NCBI RefSeq assembly: GCF_006345805.1
Contig: NW_021828118.1
Location: 1-8,795, forward strand
From: Octopus sinensis
Taxonomy: Eukaryota
DNA length: 8,795 nucleotides
Direction: 5' to 3'
The translations under genes and the position numbers were made by a program. The first letter of the stretch is position 1, and each line of letters starts with the position of its first letter. Positions 7,397 through 8,795 of the stretch are shown one piece after another. The notes below the pieces were generated by a model, which was not told where the DNA came from, did no database searches, and worked only from the letters and a program-made list of their open reading frames with translations.

Positions 7397-7882
7397 TTAA
7401 GTTTCACTTCAGAGCTGCGGTCATGCTGATACACCGCCGTTTTGCTACACTGTTATTACTAAGAGCCTCCTCTACTATGTGGCACTTGATGAAGAATGGT
7501 GTTTGATATAGCTCCCCTCATTTGCACCTCTTGTCGTGGAGTAGGCTCATCTGGGACTCTCGACAAGAAGAGGTCCAGCTTTGATTTTTTAAAAAAACCC
7601 TACATCTACTTTGTGCAAGTTCCTCAGATTCTTTGGGAGAATATTAAAATGCTGTGGGCCCTTGAAACCCAGGCTGTTGCAGTAACTGGTCCTGAAGCGT
7701 GATGGCATTGCTGGGATCTTTGGCACTATGCAGTGTCGTCCCGTTCTGGCATTGGTGTAGCTTTCAATGCCAAAATTTGGCACAATTCCTTCCAGGATCT
7801 TCCTGATATATATTACTGCATACCTCTCCCGTCTTCTCTCCAGGGAGTAGAGTCTTAGCTGTTTCAACCTTTCCCTGTAGGA
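7397..7882 (-). mobile_element. 5'-truncated CR1-group (CR1/L2-like) LINE: end of ORF2 plus short 3' UTR
   Basis: Coding remnant followed by about 60 nt of 3' UTR ending at a (TA)n tract. Confidence 0.85.
7459..7882 (-). pseudogene. LINE ORF2 C-terminal domain remnant with one frameshift
   Basis: SYRERLKQLRLYSLERRRERYAVIYIRKILEG...SLGFKGPQHFNILPKNLRNL, then after a 1-nt shift at the T7/A6 run (7585-7597) KKSKLDLFLSRVPDEP...HSRGGS* (TAG 7461-7459). The Y.ERL..L.LYSLERRR and KLD.FL...PDEP motifs are typical of the post-RT tail of CR1-group ORF2. Confidence 0.85.
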
Positions 7883-8041
7883 AACAAAACTGCAGTACCG
7901 TGAATTACTGACTGTGTAACTAGATAGCCGGAATAAGGATCACTACGCCTTGTCAATGTTTCAACTACTATAGTTTAATGCTTTTAAGAGACTAACAACA
8001 GCTATCGATAGAAACCGAAGCTACAATTGGAATAACTAACA

Positions 8042-8250
8042 GGGGACATAAACACACCAGCATCGGTTGTCAAGCGATATTGGGGGGACAAACACAGACA
8101 CACAAACATATACACACGCACATACATATATATATATATACAACACATATACGACGGGCTTCTTTCAGTTTCCGCCTACTAAATCCACTCACAAGTCTTT
8201 GGTCGGCTCGATGCTACAGTAGAAGATACACTTGCCCATGGTGCCACGCA
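8042..8250 (-). mobile_element. Internal fragment of a SINE with a CORE-like central motif; tRNA head missing
   Basis: Minus strand reads tgcgtggcaccatgggcaagtg...gaaactgaaagaagcccgtcg, then an internal (TA)/(TG) run, then tgtctgtgtttgtcccccc...gtgtttatgtcccc. GCACC(T/A)TGGGCAAGT resembles the CORE-type motif. Family recognition is from memory. Confidence 0.7.
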
Positions 8251-8372
8251 ACACACACATATATATGGCATCGTACGACTTTACGGCCTAGACGTTTTCT
8301 ATCTAAAACGGTTTTGCAGTCCAATGTTTGCTATTATTTATAGCGTTATGTGCTTCAAGATACTCTGTTGAT

Positions 8373-8381
8373 AATATATAT

Positions 8382-8422
<41 letters not shown>
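8373..8422. repeat. (TA)n(GT)n microsatellite
   Basis: Direct reading. Confidence 0.95.
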
Positions 8423-8578
8423 ATTTTCTCTCCTTGTTTGTTTTTTCTGTGTCCCATTCTGTAGAAGAGCGTAGGCTCGAAACGTAAAAGACTTTTTCTA
8501 TTCCTGAGCGTTATACAAATACATCTGTTTGTTTTGTACACACCTGTCTCGTCTTCTGTTTTTTTTCGTAAACCCCCC
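8423..8578 (+). mobile_element. Short repeat between microsatellites, probably a Penelope-like pseudo-LTR remnant
   Basis: About 155-bp complex island between (GT)n and (TA)n containing a hammerhead-like motif. Class is inferred. Confidence 0.5.
8451..8492 (+). ncRNA. Minimal hammerhead-ribozyme-like motif with variant core CUGUAGA
   Basis: CTGTAGA 8459-8465, extra A, helix II GAGC-GTAG-GCTC (8467-8478), GAA, palindromic helix III ACGT (8482-8485), triplet GUA. Helix I is imperfect: GTC..TT with AA.GAC. Confidence 0.6.
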
Positions 8579-8640
8579 TATATAATATATATATTATATA
8601 TATATAATATATATTATATATATAATATATATCGCATATA
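8579..8640. repeat. (TA)n/(TATAA) microsatellite
   Basis: Direct reading. Confidence 0.95.
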
Positions 8641-8795
8641 ATTGTCTTCGTGCTTCTATCTACCTATCATACCCCTTTTGTGTTAATCTCCCTCTTTTTT
8701 TTAAGGTTTACTTTGCTCCCTATTCTACTCCCTACTCACGCTCTATCTCTCACTCATACTTCGCTCACTACCCCTCCTATTTACTCATTCAAACA

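Noticed and set aside
7585-7600. Programmed frameshift at GGG TTTTTTT AAAAAA in the LINE ORF
   Set aside because: A 1-nt homopolymer indel in a truncated dead copy is the simpler explanation.

Overview
This window is repeat-dense, non-coding animal DNA with no credible intact host gene. The repeat families look like those of an octopus or other coleoid cephalopod; that assignment is recognition from memory, not a database result. All long ORFs in the track are translations of microsatellites, except 7589-7867(-), which is the C-terminal end of a dead CR1-group LINE ORF2. Supported elements are a non-autonomous Helitron with both termini (1012-1520, -), a 225-bp piggyBac-type MITE (1891-2115), eight tRNA-SINE copies or fragments (one a tandem dimer), a 5'-truncated LINE, and long (CA)n, (GA)n and (CT)n tracts. 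The most interesting signals are: (i) three unrelated minimal hammerhead-ribozyme-like motifs with palindromic helix III (742-790 -, 965-1010 +, 8451-8492 +), each with a non-canonical or damaged feature; (ii) a MITE whose left end reproduces the TIR / 3-bp spacer / 16-bp palindrome layout of human MER85/PGBD3; (iii) a 3' tail shared by a SINE and the LINE in the same window; (iv) tail-swapped, dimerised and tail-to-tail inverted SINEs. Family names, activity and novelty all need the checks listed.
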